Shown: positions 19,676 through 30,119, numbered from the stretch's first letter. The stretch is 64,000 nt of DNA from Flavobacteriales bacterium (GCA_022402535.1 JAKRSD010000020.1:221341-285340), one strand, 5' to 3'. The notes: generated from the sequence alone by a model not told the origin. Made by a program: numbers and translations.

Positions 19676-19958
19676 ATGAAGAATAGGGCTAACACATCCC
19701 CAAAAGACCATAACCTCCTTGAAAAATTTCGGGACGTTGAAGCCGAACGTGTAACCTCCTGAGTTGCCCCCGGCCATTTTGCGGCCACCAAACGTACCTA
19801 TGTATACGTAAACACCCTGCATGTACCAAAAGTAAGTAATTTACTGTTGTGAATTTTAGCCCTTTAGCCGGTTGGTGAAAACACTAACCAGGGGCATAAA
19901 TAATTCTTCAACAAATAACTTTTGTATATTTGGTCGTAGGATAAAAAACTAAACCCAA

Positions 19959-20750
19959 ATGCAAGTTTTCAAAATGATTAAAATATGGGGGGGAGTACTG
20001 ATTACAATCATGAATTTTTCCTGTAAAAAGCCTATAGATATACCGCCAACTGAAATACCGCCAACTGAATGCCCTACTGCTATTTCACCTTCATTAATTG
20101 AACCATTTGTTGGTTATTATGAAAGCTCTTACACCTTTTCCACCAAAAATTTAAACTCGGATCCAAAATGTCCTTCAGTATATGTGAGCAAAGTGCATAC
20201 AGAGTACCCAAATGATGAGCAAAATTTTTCACTTGAATTGGACACTTACGGTAAGGTTACCCTTTATAGAAACAACAAAATATTTAACCGCAGTTTTACT
20301 ATCTATGATTACAATCCAAGCAAAAATGAATTACAGGTATGTGATAACGGAGAAAATTTTATATGGTTTGCCCATTCCGGCCTTATGAGAATAAATAATT
20401 TTCCTTCACCAAATTTACATACCGTTTTTACAAAAAAAACCTGTAACGAATTAGATACACTATCAGGACTATACAAGGGTACGATCAAGATATTCAGCAT
20501 TTATTTTACTCAATTGTACGAATACAATGACACTATTTTACCCATCATAAACATATCTAACCAAAATGTTTGTAAGCTTTTAAATACAACACTTAACGAT
20601 ACCATGTTTTTAACCCCAAGAGGGGTTGTTGGCACTAAAGCATGGAATGTGCAACGATTTTGGGGTAAAAATTTTAAAATTGGACGTTATCAATGTAATC
20701 CATACGGTAATGCATTACCCCATTTTGAATTTATTGGACAAAAACTTTAA
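19959..20750 (+). CDS. Hypothetical Cys-rich lipoprotein
   Basis: NFSC-KK lipobox, AT-rich; TATATTTG promoter upstream; 15-bp tandem duplication (IPPTE x2). Confidence 0.65.
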   Translation: MQVFKMIKIWGGVLITIMNFSCKKPIDIPPTEIPPTECPTAISPSLIEPFVGYYESSYTFSTKNLNSDPKCPSVYVSKVHTEYPNDEQNFSLELDTYGKVTLYRNNKIFNRSFTIYDYNPSKNELQVCDNGENFIWFAHSGLMRINNFPSPNLHTVFTKKTCNELDTLSGLYKGTIKIFSIYFTQLYEYNDTILPIINISNQNVCKLLNTTLNDTMFLTPRGVVGTKAWNVQRFWGKNFKIGRYQCNPYGNALPHFEFIGQKL

Positions 20751-20812
20751 ACAGAGTGTAAAAATTGAAATCAACTGATCTAAACACAAGACTTTTGATT
20801 TAAGCCAAAAAT

Positions 20813-21397
20813 CTACCGCATCAGAATCTCTATCGTTTTTTCCTTATCAATGAGTGCGTCTTTGTTGGTGTTTTTAGTCCAATCACTCACTTCCGCGTTT
20901 CGGGCATAATCCAGGGCGGTTTTTCCGCTGTTGTCTTTTTTCTGTTTATCGGCACCTCGCTGTAGCAGCAGTTCCACCACATCGGCTTTACCATTGGTTG
21001 CGGCGAGCATAAGCGGAGATTCGCCTTTTTGGGTTACCGCATTTACATCCGCCCCTGCGGCAATCAGCGCTTTGCATATCTGCATTCCTCCATAATACGC
21101 ACAGGCAACGTGCAATGCCGTTCTGCCCGCTTCAGAGCGGGGTTGGTCGGGTGTGGCACCGTTTCTCAACAAAAACTGCACCATCGGAATATTACCCCAA
21201 CGGGCGGCTGTCATTAGCGGCGAGGCCCCATACTTATCCCGGGCATTTATATCGGCTCCGTTTTTAATGGCTTCTTTAACCATCAGTGTATCGTCTTTTA
21301 ATACCGCTGAGTGAATATCCTGAGCTTTAGCCAACGAAGTGAATGCGATACCGGTTATGATTAAGTAAATACGTGAAATTGAAAATAACGAGTTCAT
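20813..21397 (-). CDS. Secreted ankyrin-repeat protein
   Basis: Signal peptide; GASPLMTAA, GRTALHVAC, GESPLMLAA, GKTALDYA repeats. Confidence 0.9.
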   Translation of the reverse strand: MNSLFSISRIYLIITGIAFTSLAKAQDIHSAVLKDDTLMVKEAIKNGADINARDKYGASPLMTAARWGNIPMVQFLLRNGATPDQPRSEAGRTALHVACAYYGGMQICKALIAAGADVNAVTQKGESPLMLAATNGKADVVELLLQRGADKQKKDNSGKTALDYARNAEVSDWTKNTNKDALIDKEKTIEILMR

Positions 21398-21550
21398 TAA
21401 ATACTAAGTTATCTGTCAAATATAAACGGAAAAGAATTGTACTCCTGTTTTATTTATAATTGGATATCCAGATAAACCGCTCGATGAAACCCGAAGGCGA
21501 ATGCAAACGTTTGTCTTGAAAATCAAGTATTTAAATTAGAAAAAGGTGAT

Positions 21551-21585
21551 AAAAAAAGCTCCTTGAATTTCTTCAAAGAGCTTTT
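21551..21585 (-). terminator. Intrinsic terminator for fasciclin gene
   Basis: AAAAGCTC...GAGCTTTT stem with A7 tract on the left. Confidence 0.7.
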
Positions 21586-21605
21586 ATTTTGTGAATTAAC
21601 TATTC

Positions 21606-22109
21606 TTATTTAGGAAGAACAACGGCATCAATTACGTGAATCACTCCGTTACTGCCTTTTAAATCAACCGTAGTTACGTAAGCTGAATTACCAGACTCAT
21701 CCGTCAGCTTCACTTTATCGCCATCCATAGATCCGGTTAATTTACCCCCACTAACGGTGGTTAAAACGGCCTTACCTTTTCCTTTTTTGATAGCTTCAAC
21801 TACAGCCGCAGCATCTAAATCTCCGCTTACCACATGATAGGTCAAAATTTTAGACAATTGGGCTTTATTTTCCGGTTTTAATAAACTGGTTAATGTTCCA
21901 TCAGGCAATTTATCGAAAGCCGCATTGGTAGGAGCAAAAACCGTGAACGGCCCTTTCCCTTGAAGGGTGGTTACTAAATCAGCTGCTTTCAGAGCGGCTA
22001 CAAGGGTTGTATGGTCTTTTGAACCTACGGCAATGTCAACTACGGTTTTTGTTTGACTAAATCCTACAAACGAGGCAAGACTGAATAACACTACAAATAC
22101 TTTTCTCAT
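21606..22109 (-). CDS. Fasciclin (FAS1) domain protein
   Basis: GPFTVFAPTNAAF, ILTYHVV, NGVIHVIDAVVLP; signal peptide. Confidence 0.95.
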   Translation of the reverse strand: MRKVFVVLFSLASFVGFSQTKTVVDIAVGSKDHTTLVAALKAADLVTTLQGKGPFTVFAPTNAAFDKLPDGTLTSLLKPENKAQLSKILTYHVVSGDLDAAAVVEAIKKGKGKAVLTTVSGGKLTGSMDGDKVKLTDESGNSAYVTTVDLKGSNGVIHVIDAVVLPK

Positions 22110-22290
22110 GATTCTACTTATTTTAAATTATTGATATACAGGTAAACATAGGCTTGATGGAAAGGTTTACCCATTCTTGAAATAAAAAGATACGTTAACA
22201 TACAGAAGTAAAACCTTAACACTATTTCATGGCTCTCTAAAACCAAAATCTGATTTTAATATCAAACATATTTTTTTATACTTTCGAGGT

Positions 22291-24237
22291 ATGAGAAGTA
22301 TATGGCTGAGCATCCTGACCCTTTTTGCGGCGCACGCTGTTTTTTCGCAGGTATGTACCAATAACCGATATCGTGAACGGGTGTTTTCGCAGGTAAACAA
22401 AACCGCAAACATCCACTATGCCACAGTTCAGTCGCTTCCCACCGTATATTTGAACGAAACCCAAACCGTAACCCAAAACCTATACTTAGATGTATGGCAA
22501 CCTGCGGGCGACACGCTACAAAAAAGGCCCTTGGTTATTTTAGCCTTTGGAGGAGCCTTTCTTATCGGAACCAAAAACGATGCAGATATCCAGGCCGCCT
22601 GTGATTCGCTGGCCCATCTGGGCTATGTTACCGCATCCATACAATACCGCCTGGGACTCAATCCGCTGGTGGCGGCTTCGGGCGAACGGGCCGTGTACCG
22701 TGCCGCACAGGATTATTCAGCAGCGGTGCGCTATTTTAAACAGTTTGCCAATCAATATAACATTGACACTTCGGCAATTTTCGTAGGCGGGTGCAGTGCG
22801 GGCAGCTTTGCTGCTTTACACATGGCCTACGGCGAAGATGATGAACGCCCTGCAAGTACTTTTGCGTCCGGCGGTCTTTTTCCTGCCCCGGACCTGGGTT
22901 GTTTCGACTGTTCGGGAAATGCCTATCCGTTTTCGCACAGGGTGCGCGGCGTCATTAATATGTGGGGAGCTATCGGCTTCACCAGTTGGATTGAACCCAA
23001 TGACCCTCCCATTGTGAGTTTCCATGGCACCTTAGATCCTGTTGTTCCCTATAACGAAGGCTTCCCGTTTACCGCAGGAGCAACGCTTCCATTTGTATAT
23101 GGTTCAGCAAAAATTTTGGAAAGAACCCAGCAATTGGGCATTCACCATGAATTTTATTCCTATCCGAGTGCATTACACCAGCTTTGGGGAGCAGGACTCG
23201 AAGAAACCTGGGTGGCGGGTCCCACCGAATTTCAAGTACCCATTCTGAACGGAATACGCGATTTCTTATTTGGCCAACTGAAACCGCTTCCCACATCCCT
23301 TTCCGGACCTGAAAATGCCTGTTCCGGGGAGCAATTTTGGTATCAGGTGCCGCTTCGTTCAGGCTTCAGTTACTGCTGGCAGGTTCAAAACGGGCAGATT
23401 CTTCAACAAAACAATAACCAACTGTTGGTGAAGTGGAATTTCCCGGGCAACGGAGTGGTAAAAGTGATGGAAATCAGCCCAAATCAGATTCCAACAGACA
23501 CATTTCTGGTTAAAAACATTACCATAAACCCCACTCCCCAAATTCAGATTACGGGCATGCAGGCAATATGCGCAGGTGATACGGCCACCCTTAACATCAG
23601 TGGCGGTTCCGACACTTATGTATTCACCCCTTCGGGAAATGTGACGCAAACGGCTCCGGGGCAATTTCAGCTTTGGCCCACACAAACCACATCCTACACG
23701 ATTTTGGGACAAACCCAATCCGGCTGCTCGGCCCAATCCGCCTGGAATATTACGGTGAACCCTAGTCCCGTGGCTCCTATTATCACCCGTCAAAACGATA
23801 TTCTCTTTGTGCCCCAGCAATACAGTACTTATCAATGGTATCTGGACGGTTTACCCATAACCGGAGCCAACTCCAACACGGTTGCCATTATCGGTAACGG
23901 AACCTACAGTGTGCTGGTGGGTAACAACCAAAACTGCGCTGTTTTTTCGTTCCCATACAATGTCCAAAACCTTTCTGTAGAAGACTACAACCAAGAGGTT
24001 CCGGCTATTTTTCCCAACCCTTCGGAAGGTTTGTTTACGCTAACTGGCTTAACGATTGGTGCCTGTAATCTGCAAATTCTTGATATGACAGGGAAAACGG
24101 TATATCAAAAGTCTTTTGTGGTTTCGGATTTATCTCCTCAGCCCGTTTCCGTGAATCTGCCGGGCGGTGTGTATGTACTCAATATTTCTAAAGTAAACGG
24201 CGAAAAAACGAACCTTCGCCTGATTATCGCGAAATAA
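22291..24237 (+). CDS. T9SS-secreted alpha/beta hydrolase (esterase) with Ig-like domains
   Basis: FGGAF oxyanion, GCSAG nucleophile, FHGTLDPVVP; IFPNPS...LPGGVYVL CTD. Confidence 0.85.
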   Translation: MRSIWLSILTLFAAHAVFSQVCTNNRYRERVFSQVNKTANIHYATVQSLPTVYLNETQTVTQNLYLDVWQPAGDTLQKRPLVILAFGGAFLIGTKNDADIQAACDSLAHLGYVTASIQYRLGLNPLVAASGERAVYRAAQDYSAAVRYFKQFANQYNIDTSAIFVGGCSAGSFAALHMAYGEDDERPASTFASGGLFPAPDLGCFDCSGNAYPFSHRVRGVINMWGAIGFTSWIEPNDPPIVSFHGTLDPVVPYNEGFPFTAGATLPFVYGSAKILERTQQLGIHHEFYSYPSALHQLWGAGLEETWVAGPTEFQVPILNGIRDFLFGQLKPLPTSLSGPENACSGEQFWYQVPLRSGFSYCWQVQNGQILQQNNNQLLVKWNFPGNGVVKVMEISPNQIPTDTFLVKNITINPTPQIQITGMQAICAGDTATLNISGGSDTYVFTPSGNVTQTAPGQFQLWPTQTTSYTILGQTQSGCSAQSAWNITVNPSPVAPIITRQNDILFVPQQYSTYQWYLDGLPITGANSNTVAIIGNGTYSVLVGNNQNCAVFSFPYNVQNLSVEDYNQEVPAIFPNPSEGLFTLTGLTIGACNLQILDMTGKTVYQKSFVVSDLSPQPVSVNLPGGVYVLNISKVNGEKTNLRLIIAK

Positions 24238-24261
24238 AAAAGGCATACTTGCGTATGCCTT
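24236..24261. terminator. Terminator between convergent genes
   Basis: AAAAAAGGCATAC-TTGC-GTATGCCTT. Confidence 0.7.
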
Positions 24262-24283
24262 GATCAGAAAATTATATTGCTTT

Positions 24284-24445
24284 CTAGTGCTTTTCTTTGG
24301 GATGTCTTAGCATCTGAATCATCCACCAGATAGTTAATGCAGAGCCTGCAAAAATCATAAACCAATTGAAGTTCATTCCTAAAGCTTCAATGCCTTTGAA
24401 GCTCCATTCAAAAAAGTCTCTTAATGCATTAAATAGCCAATCCAT
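24284..24445 (-). CDS. 53-aa membrane protein absent from the ORF track (DUF6341-like)
   Basis: MDWLFNALRDFFEWSFKGIEALGMNFNWFMIFAGSALTIWWMIQMLRHPKEKH*; terminator downstream; next to a DUF6427-like gene. Confidence 0.75.
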   Translation of the reverse strand: MDWLFNALRDFFEWSFKGIEALGMNFNWFMIFAGSALTIWWMIQMLRHPKEKH

Positions 24446-24613
24446 ATCTGTAGATGCGTTAATTGTTATCGGGCCAAAGGTAAAAATATTCTTTTCATCC
24501 CAAATAGCTGAATCTGTTTTTTTAGAAACAGAGAAATCTGTTCTGCAATTTTACGCGGCACGCATTGTGTGAATGCCGCCTGATATTTGTTTCTTTGCGG
24601 CTTCAGAATAGAA

Positions 24614-25624
24614 ATGGTGCAACTGCTGAACTTACATAAAAACAAACACGTATCGGTACTTATATCGGTACTTCTTGTCATTGTACTTCGGGCAGGCAAC
24701 TTTTTTTACCCCGCTGAAAAATCAAATGCTGATGGCGTTTTATATCCATTTTTGCATGTAGGGGATTGGTCCGTATTTGTTCAAACTCTTGCAGGAATAG
24801 GACTTACGCTACTTAACCTGTTTTTATTTGACTTTGTGCTTACGCGCTTCAATCTGATGGGAAACCTTTCGGGATTGCCGGTGTTCTTTTTTGCCATTAT
24901 CGCATCACTTCACCCCTCCATGGGAAACATTTCTCCCGGGCTTACGGCTTTGCCTTTTATTGTATTGGGCTTTTGGGGCCTGTTGAACAATTTCGGAGAA
25001 AAAAGAGGGCAATACAGCGCATTTTGGGCGGGACTAAGTTTTGGTTTTAGCGCCTTGCTTTACTTTCCCTACATCGTATTTATTCCCTTTGCAATTACAT
25101 CACTTTCCGTTATGAAACCCGCAACAGGCAGAGAATATATTGCGCTGGTTTTGGGTTTGGTTCTGCCATTTGGTTGGACCTATTCGCTATTTTTCCTGAC
25201 AGATTATCCCAGTCCTACTATTTCCAAAGTCGGATATGCTGACCTATCGATGTTTGCAAAAGGCATTTCAAAATCTTGGGGGGTATGGCTATCTGCATTC
25301 ACCATTTTCGGGCTGATGAATTTGGGACTGTTGAATTTGGTAAAAACGTTCAATGCCAATAAAATCATTGTGCGCCGGTTTTTTACTGTGATAATCATTC
25401 TTCCTGCATTTTTATTAGCGGGAATAGGTCTCTCGTCTCAACCCTCTCCCGACATTTTTTGGCCTTTGGTATTTCCGTTTACAATCTTGTTGAGCCGTCT
25501 CTTTCCCGAAATAAAAAACCCGGGGCTGCAAAAACTGCTCATCGGTATTTTATTCATCACCATGATTCTGGCACGCTTTGATTTTTATTTTGGCGGCTCG
25601 TTCACATTTAAATTGGTAAATTAG
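24614..25624 (+). CDS. Multi-pass membrane protein (DUF6427-like)
   Basis: About 9-10 hydrophobic helices; REYIALVLGLVLPF segment; ATG 24614 preferred. Confidence 0.65.
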   Translation: MVQLLNLHKNKHVSVLISVLLVIVLRAGNFFYPAEKSNADGVLYPFLHVGDWSVFVQTLAGIGLTLLNLFLFDFVLTRFNLMGNLSGLPVFFFAIIASLHPSMGNISPGLTALPFIVLGFWGLLNNFGEKRGQYSAFWAGLSFGFSALLYFPYIVFIPFAITSLSVMKPATGREYIALVLGLVLPFGWTYSLFFLTDYPSPTISKVGYADLSMFAKGISKSWGVWLSAFTIFGLMNLGLLNLVKTFNANKIIVRRFFTVIIILPAFLLAGIGLSSQPSPDIFWPLVFPFTILLSRLFPEIKNPGLQKLLIGILFITMILARFDFYFGGSFTFKLVN

Positions 25625-25643
25625 CGCCCTGAAATTATTGTCC

Positions 25644-26336
25644 ATGAAATTTGGTGTTATCACATTCCCGGGATCCAATTGCGACCACGACCTTTTATAC
25701 TGCCTTGAACAGATTTCGGGCAAAAAACCGGTAAACCTCTGGCATAAAGACCACGACCTGCAAGGGTGCGATATGGTATTTTGTCCGGGTGGGTTTTCGT
25801 ATGGTGATTATCTTCGTTCGGGAGCGATTGCCCGTTTTTCACCCATCATGAAAGAAGTGGTTGATTTTGCTTCTAAGGGCGGATATGTGATGGGAATCTG
25901 TAATGGGTTTCAAATTTTGACCGAAGCCGGATTGCTGGATGGCGCTTTATTACACAATAATTCTCGCACGTTTATCTGCAAAAATGTTCACCTGCGCACT
26001 GAAACATCAGACACCCTGATTACCTCCAAAATTGAAAAGGGAACTGTGCTTAAAGTGCCTATTGCCCATGGTGAAGGCCGTTTTTTCTGCGATGCAGACA
26101 CTCTTAAACAAATTCAGGACGATGACCGCGTGCTTTTCCGCTATTGCGATGAAAACGGAAACATCACAGAAGAGTCCAATCCTAACGGAGCATTAGATAA
26201 TATTGCGGGTATCACCAACAAAGGCCGTAACGTATTTGGTATGATGCCCCATCCTGAACGGGCATGGGCTGATTATCTTTCTAATGCGGATGGTAGAATC
26301 TTGTTTGAAAGTATTCTGAGCAAAGTAGCCGTTTAG
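25644..26336 (+). CDS. purQ: Phosphoribosylformylglycinamidine synthase subunit PurQ
   Basis: FPGSNCD, PGGFSYGDYLRSG, GICNGFQIL, IAHGEG, GMMPHPER. Confidence 0.96.
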   Translation: MKFGVITFPGSNCDHDLLYCLEQISGKKPVNLWHKDHDLQGCDMVFCPGGFSYGDYLRSGAIARFSPIMKEVVDFASKGGYVMGICNGFQILTEAGLLDGALLHNNSRTFICKNVHLRTETSDTLITSKIEKGTVLKVPIAHGEGRFFCDADTLKQIQDDDRVLFRYCDENGNITEESNPNGALDNIAGITNKGRNVFGMMPHPERAWADYLSNADGRILFESILSKVAV

Positions 26337-26343
26337 TTCGCTA

Positions 26344-27474
26344 CTATTTCGATTTATAGCGGATTCTGTACACCGAATCCCCAAAATCATCACTTACCAG
26401 AATAGAGCCGTCGGGCATTTCCAAAATATCCACGGGGCGGCCCCAACGTTCGCCGGCATCATTAAGCCAACCTTCGGCAAATACTTCGTAGGATGTAGCT
26501 TTGTTGTTTTCGATTTGTACAAAAGTTACTCTGTAGCCGATGGGTTTGGTCCGGTTCCAAGATCCGTGTTCGGCAATAAAAACACCCTTTCGGTACTTTT
26601 CGGGGAAAGCATTTCCCCTGTAAAACATCATCCCCAAGGGTGCTGTATGCGGTCCCAGATTTTGGGCGGGTGAAGCAAAATCCCCGCAATTTTTTCCTTT
26701 ACCATATTCCGGGTCGGAAATGTTATCTCCATGACAATAGGGGAAGCCAAAATGCATTCCCGCTTTGGGAGCATGGTTAAGTTCACAGGGTGGAATATCA
26801 TCACCCAGCCAGTCGCGGCCATTATCAGTAAACCACAACTCTCCCGTTTGCGGATGCCAATCAAAACCAACCGAATTGCGCACACCCGAAGCAAACACCT
26901 CGGCCTCAGTGCCGTCACTGTTCATTCGCATGATGGATGCATACCGTTTGTCTTCCTGTTCACAGATATTACAGGGCGCCCCTACAGGTACGTATAGTTT
27001 TCCATCCGGACCAAAGTCAATAAATTTCCAACCGTGATGTTCCTCCGAGGGGAAACTGTATTTCAGCACTTCCGGCTCAGGGGCTTTTTCTTTATAGTTC
27101 CCTATGTTCCGATAAACCAATATTCTAGATACCTCAGAAACATACAAATCGCCTTTGTGATAAGTGATTCCGGTAGGCATATGCAGCTTATCCGCCAGTA
27201 CTTTCACCTCATCTGCCTTTCCATCCCCGTTATTGTCTTTAATCCGATAAAGTTTTCCCTCTTTCCGCGATCCGGCGTAAACGGTTCCAGTTTCATCCAT
27301 GGTCATGGAGCGGATATTTTTTACCCCCGAAGTAAATAGGGAAATTTCAAATCCATCGGGTAATTTGATTTCGGCCAAACGGGAATCAGATTGTGAATTG
27401 CCAAGTTTAACGGGCGGATTGACGCGGCAACCGCTGCTTAACAAAAACATTCCGACAGCAAGATATATTTTCAT
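26344..27474 (-). CDS. PQQ-dependent sugar/sorbosone dehydrogenase family lipoprotein
   Basis: HHGWK, GAPCNIC, GVRNSVGFDWHP, AEHGSWNR, GRPVD; lipobox SSGC. Confidence 0.88.
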   Translation of the reverse strand: MKIYLAVGMFLLSSGCRVNPPVKLGNSQSDSRLAEIKLPDGFEISLFTSGVKNIRSMTMDETGTVYAGSRKEGKLYRIKDNNGDGKADEVKVLADKLHMPTGITYHKGDLYVSEVSRILVYRNIGNYKEKAPEPEVLKYSFPSEEHHGWKFIDFGPDGKLYVPVGAPCNICEQEDKRYASIMRMNSDGTEAEVFASGVRNSVGFDWHPQTGELWFTDNGRDWLGDDIPPCELNHAPKAGMHFGFPYCHGDNISDPEYGKGKNCGDFASPAQNLGPHTAPLGMMFYRGNAFPEKYRKGVFIAEHGSWNRTKPIGYRVTFVQIENNKATSYEVFAEGWLNDAGERWGRPVDILEMPDGSILVSDDFGDSVYRIRYKSK

Positions 27475-27650
27475 ACAATATTAGATGTATTTTGATTAGG
27501 ATGTAAAGATAACCACGAAACCCGATTTCGGTTTAAGGCAAACGATATCCCTGTTTTACACAAACTTACGTGAATAAATGAACCCTCATTCGATTACCAA
27601 GACCCAATATTTGGAATACCTTTGGTGTGATATTTGGTAATTTACAGTTC

Positions 27651-27992
27651 ATGGACAGTACAAGACAACTAAAAGTTAACGAGCTTTTAAAAAGAGAAAT
27701 CAGCACCATTTTCCAGCTAAAAGGGCGAACCATGTTCGGGCCGGAACTTATTTCGGTAACCGAGGTTCGAATCACACCGGATTTATCCATTGCAAAAGTT
27801 TACCTCAGCATTTTCCCAACGAATAACAAACGAGCCATCATGGATGCTGTGGATGAGCAAAACTCCACTTTACGATTTGAATTAGGGAATCGGGTGAAAA
27901 GTCAGCTTCGCAAAATTCCTGAATTACACTTCTATTTGGATGATACGTTAGACCAATTGGAAAAAATAGACAACTTGCTGAAAAACAAGTAG
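27651..27992 (+). CDS. rbfA: 30S ribosome-binding factor A
   Basis: MDSTRQ, ISVTEVRITPDLSIAKVYLS, LRKIPELHFYLD. Confidence 0.95.
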   Translation: MDSTRQLKVNELLKREISTIFQLKGRTMFGPELISVTEVRITPDLSIAKVYLSIFPTNNKRAIMDAVDEQNSTLRFELGNRVKSQLRKIPELHFYLDDTLDQLEKIDNLLKNK

Positions 27993-28124
27993 TATCAAGA
28001 ATATATTTGCCTTAATCAATGTATAAACAGTGCATTTTTTTGCCTGTTCCCTTTCTTATTTACTTACCGGAAGCAATTCTTTGGCATAGTATTTGCTAAG
28101 TGTTGCACCGCAAAATAAACGGGT

Positions 28125-28568
28125 ATGAAAAACAGTATTATTTTGGTTATCATGGTGTTGGGAACATTCTTTTCATCATTTTCCCAAACAAACCCACGCT
28201 CATGGAACGGAAAAGACAGCGTGTATACCGGCAAAGCCACCTGGTACGGTGCCGCACTGCAAGGCAATCTAACCGCCAGTGGTGAGCGATTCGACTACAA
28301 TAAATTTACGGCGGCACATAAATTCCTTCCCTTAGGAACTTATGTAAAAGTGACCAATCTGTCAAACAACCGGTCCATTATCGTAAAAATTAATGACCGC
28401 CTTCCATTAACCTCCTCTCCCATCATTGACCTAACAAGAGCTTCAGCAGAAGAGCTTGGTTATCGTAAAATGGGAGTTGCAAAAGTGAAACTGGAAGTCA
28501 TGAATATGCCCAGCCTGATTCCCGAATTGTGGTTAGACATGTTACTGAGCGCACAAGCATCAAACTGA
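28125..28568 (+). CDS. rlpA: RlpA-like lytic transglycosylase (DPBB domain)
   Basis: GKATWYG, TASGERF, TAAHKFLPLGTYVKVTNL, INDR, IIDLT. Confidence 0.88.
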   Translation: MKNSIILVIMVLGTFFSSFSQTNPRSWNGKDSVYTGKATWYGAALQGNLTASGERFDYNKFTAAHKFLPLGTYVKVTNLSNNRSIIVKINDRLPLTSSPIIDLTRASAEELGYRKMGVAKVKLEVMNMPSLIPELWLDMLLSAQASN

Positions 28569-28626
28569 TGCTTAACAAACCGGTTCTATTGTGCATATTT
28601 GCTGGGTAATTAACAGCATATAGCGC

Positions 28627-29520
28627 ATGGTGGAATATAATCCAAAGGACTGGTTCGGCTTCATTTTCAGATTCCATAAAGCAGACACCTTCCGAAAACT
28701 CGGCCCCATCATGATTGGGTTGATTATGTATGGCTTTTTAATGGTGTTCCTTTTCCACAGCCTGTTTCATCTGGACGAACAAAAACAATGGGAAAACTTC
28801 TCCTTGGTATACTCTATCCTGGGATTTGTTATTTCTCTTCTCTTTGTTTTCCGCACCAATACGGCATATGACCGTTGGTGGGAAGGACGAAAACAATGGG
28901 GCAGCCTCGTAAACATCAGCCGTTCATTGGCTCAAAAACTTAAATCCTCCGGCATCAGCAAAGACGATCGCGAAGACTTTGCAGCCCTGATTCCCAATTT
29001 TGCATTTGCGCTTAAAAATCATTTGCGATCTATACACATCCCTGAAGAATTAGAAGATAACTCTATATTGCCGGTTCATGCTTTGGACCGGGAATCTCAT
29101 GTGCCTAACCAAGTTGCAGGAAGCATTCATCAACGGATCAACAGTTTGTACACTTCCGGGAAAATTAGCGATATGCAATTTTTATCCATGCAGCAGGAGA
29201 CCGCAGCCATGTATGACATTTTGGGCGCCTGTGAGCGAATTAAAAACACCCCTATTCCTTTTAGCTACAGTTCGTTTTTAAAGAAGTTTATTTTCTTTTA
29301 TGTCATGCTGTTTCCCTTTGTTTTTTTAAAACCCATGGGTTATTTTTTGATTCCGGCACTGCTCTTTGTGTTTTATGTTTTAGCCAGTTTAGAGTTAATT
29401 GCCGAAGAAATTGAAGACCCTTTTGGATCAGATGCCAATGACCTGCCAACCGACAGCATTTCGAAAAACATAAGGAAATCCGTTCATGATATTTTCCTGA
29501 AATTCCCTGTTTACGGATAA
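28627..29520 (+). CDS. Bestrophin family anion channel
   Basis: FRTNTAYDRWWEGRKQWG, GACERIKNTPIP, EIEDPFGSDANDLP. Confidence 0.93.
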   Translation: MVEYNPKDWFGFIFRFHKADTFRKLGPIMIGLIMYGFLMVFLFHSLFHLDEQKQWENFSLVYSILGFVISLLFVFRTNTAYDRWWEGRKQWGSLVNISRSLAQKLKSSGISKDDREDFAALIPNFAFALKNHLRSIHIPEELEDNSILPVHALDRESHVPNQVAGSIHQRINSLYTSGKISDMQFLSMQQETAAMYDILGACERIKNTPIPFSYSSFLKKFIFFYVMLFPFVFLKPMGYFLIPALLFVFYVLASLELIAEEIEDPFGSDANDLPTDSISKNIRKSVHDIFLKFPVYG

Positions 29521-29613
29521 AATCACATTCAACTTTCTGTAGGAAATAAATGAAAATAAGATTAGATTTGGCATGGTTTTAGCCATCCGTTTTATTAAAC
29601 TCAATATTATAAA

Positions 29614-30069
29614 ATGAAAAATCTTTTGCTCTCAGCAGCTATTCTTTTAAGCGGTGTTTATTCATATGCACAAAACGTAACCAAACAAAACACCGAAAAA
29701 CCCAAATCAGATTACACATTTGATTTTTTTGAAGGAGGTTTTGACCAAGCCATGAAGGAAGCCGCAAAGAAAAAGAAAATGATATTTGTGGATGCCTACA
29801 CCTCATGGTGCGGCCCATGCAAGATGATGAATAACAGCACGTTCAAAGACAAAGCGGCGGGAGAGTTTTTTAATTCCAATTTCATCAGCATGAAAATCGA
29901 TATGGAACAGGGAGAAGGTCCGGCGTTTGCCATGAAATATAGCGTTAGGGCATATCCTACGCTACTCTTCATTTCGCCCAAAGGTGATGTGGTGCATAAA
30001 GTATTAGGTTACCGCGACGGTACCGTACTCACCGAAGAAGGCAAAAAAGCGTTAGCTCTAAAAAAGTAA
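29614..30069 (+). CDS. Secreted thioredoxin family protein
   Basis: Signal peptide; WCGPCK active site; AYPT cis-Pro loop. Confidence 0.9.
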   Translation: MKNLLLSAAILLSGVYSYAQNVTKQNTEKPKSDYTFDFFEGGFDQAMKEAAKKKKMIFVDAYTSWCGPCKMMNNSTFKDKAAGEFFNSNFISMKIDMEQGEGPAFAMKYSVRAYPTLLFISPKGDVVHKVLGYRDGTVLTEEGKKALALKK

Positions 30070-30091
30070 ACAATCATTCTGTTATATTATT

Positions 30092-30119
30092 AAAAAGGAC
30101 GGCAAATGCCGTCCTTTTT
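30092..30119 (+). terminator. Intrinsic terminator
   Basis: AAAAAGGACGGC-AAAT-GCCGTCCTTTTT. Confidence 0.85.

Noticed and set aside
24366..24699. ORF-track 68-aa and 77-aa ORFs
   Set aside because: Conflict with the better-supported 24284-24445 and 24614-25624 genes
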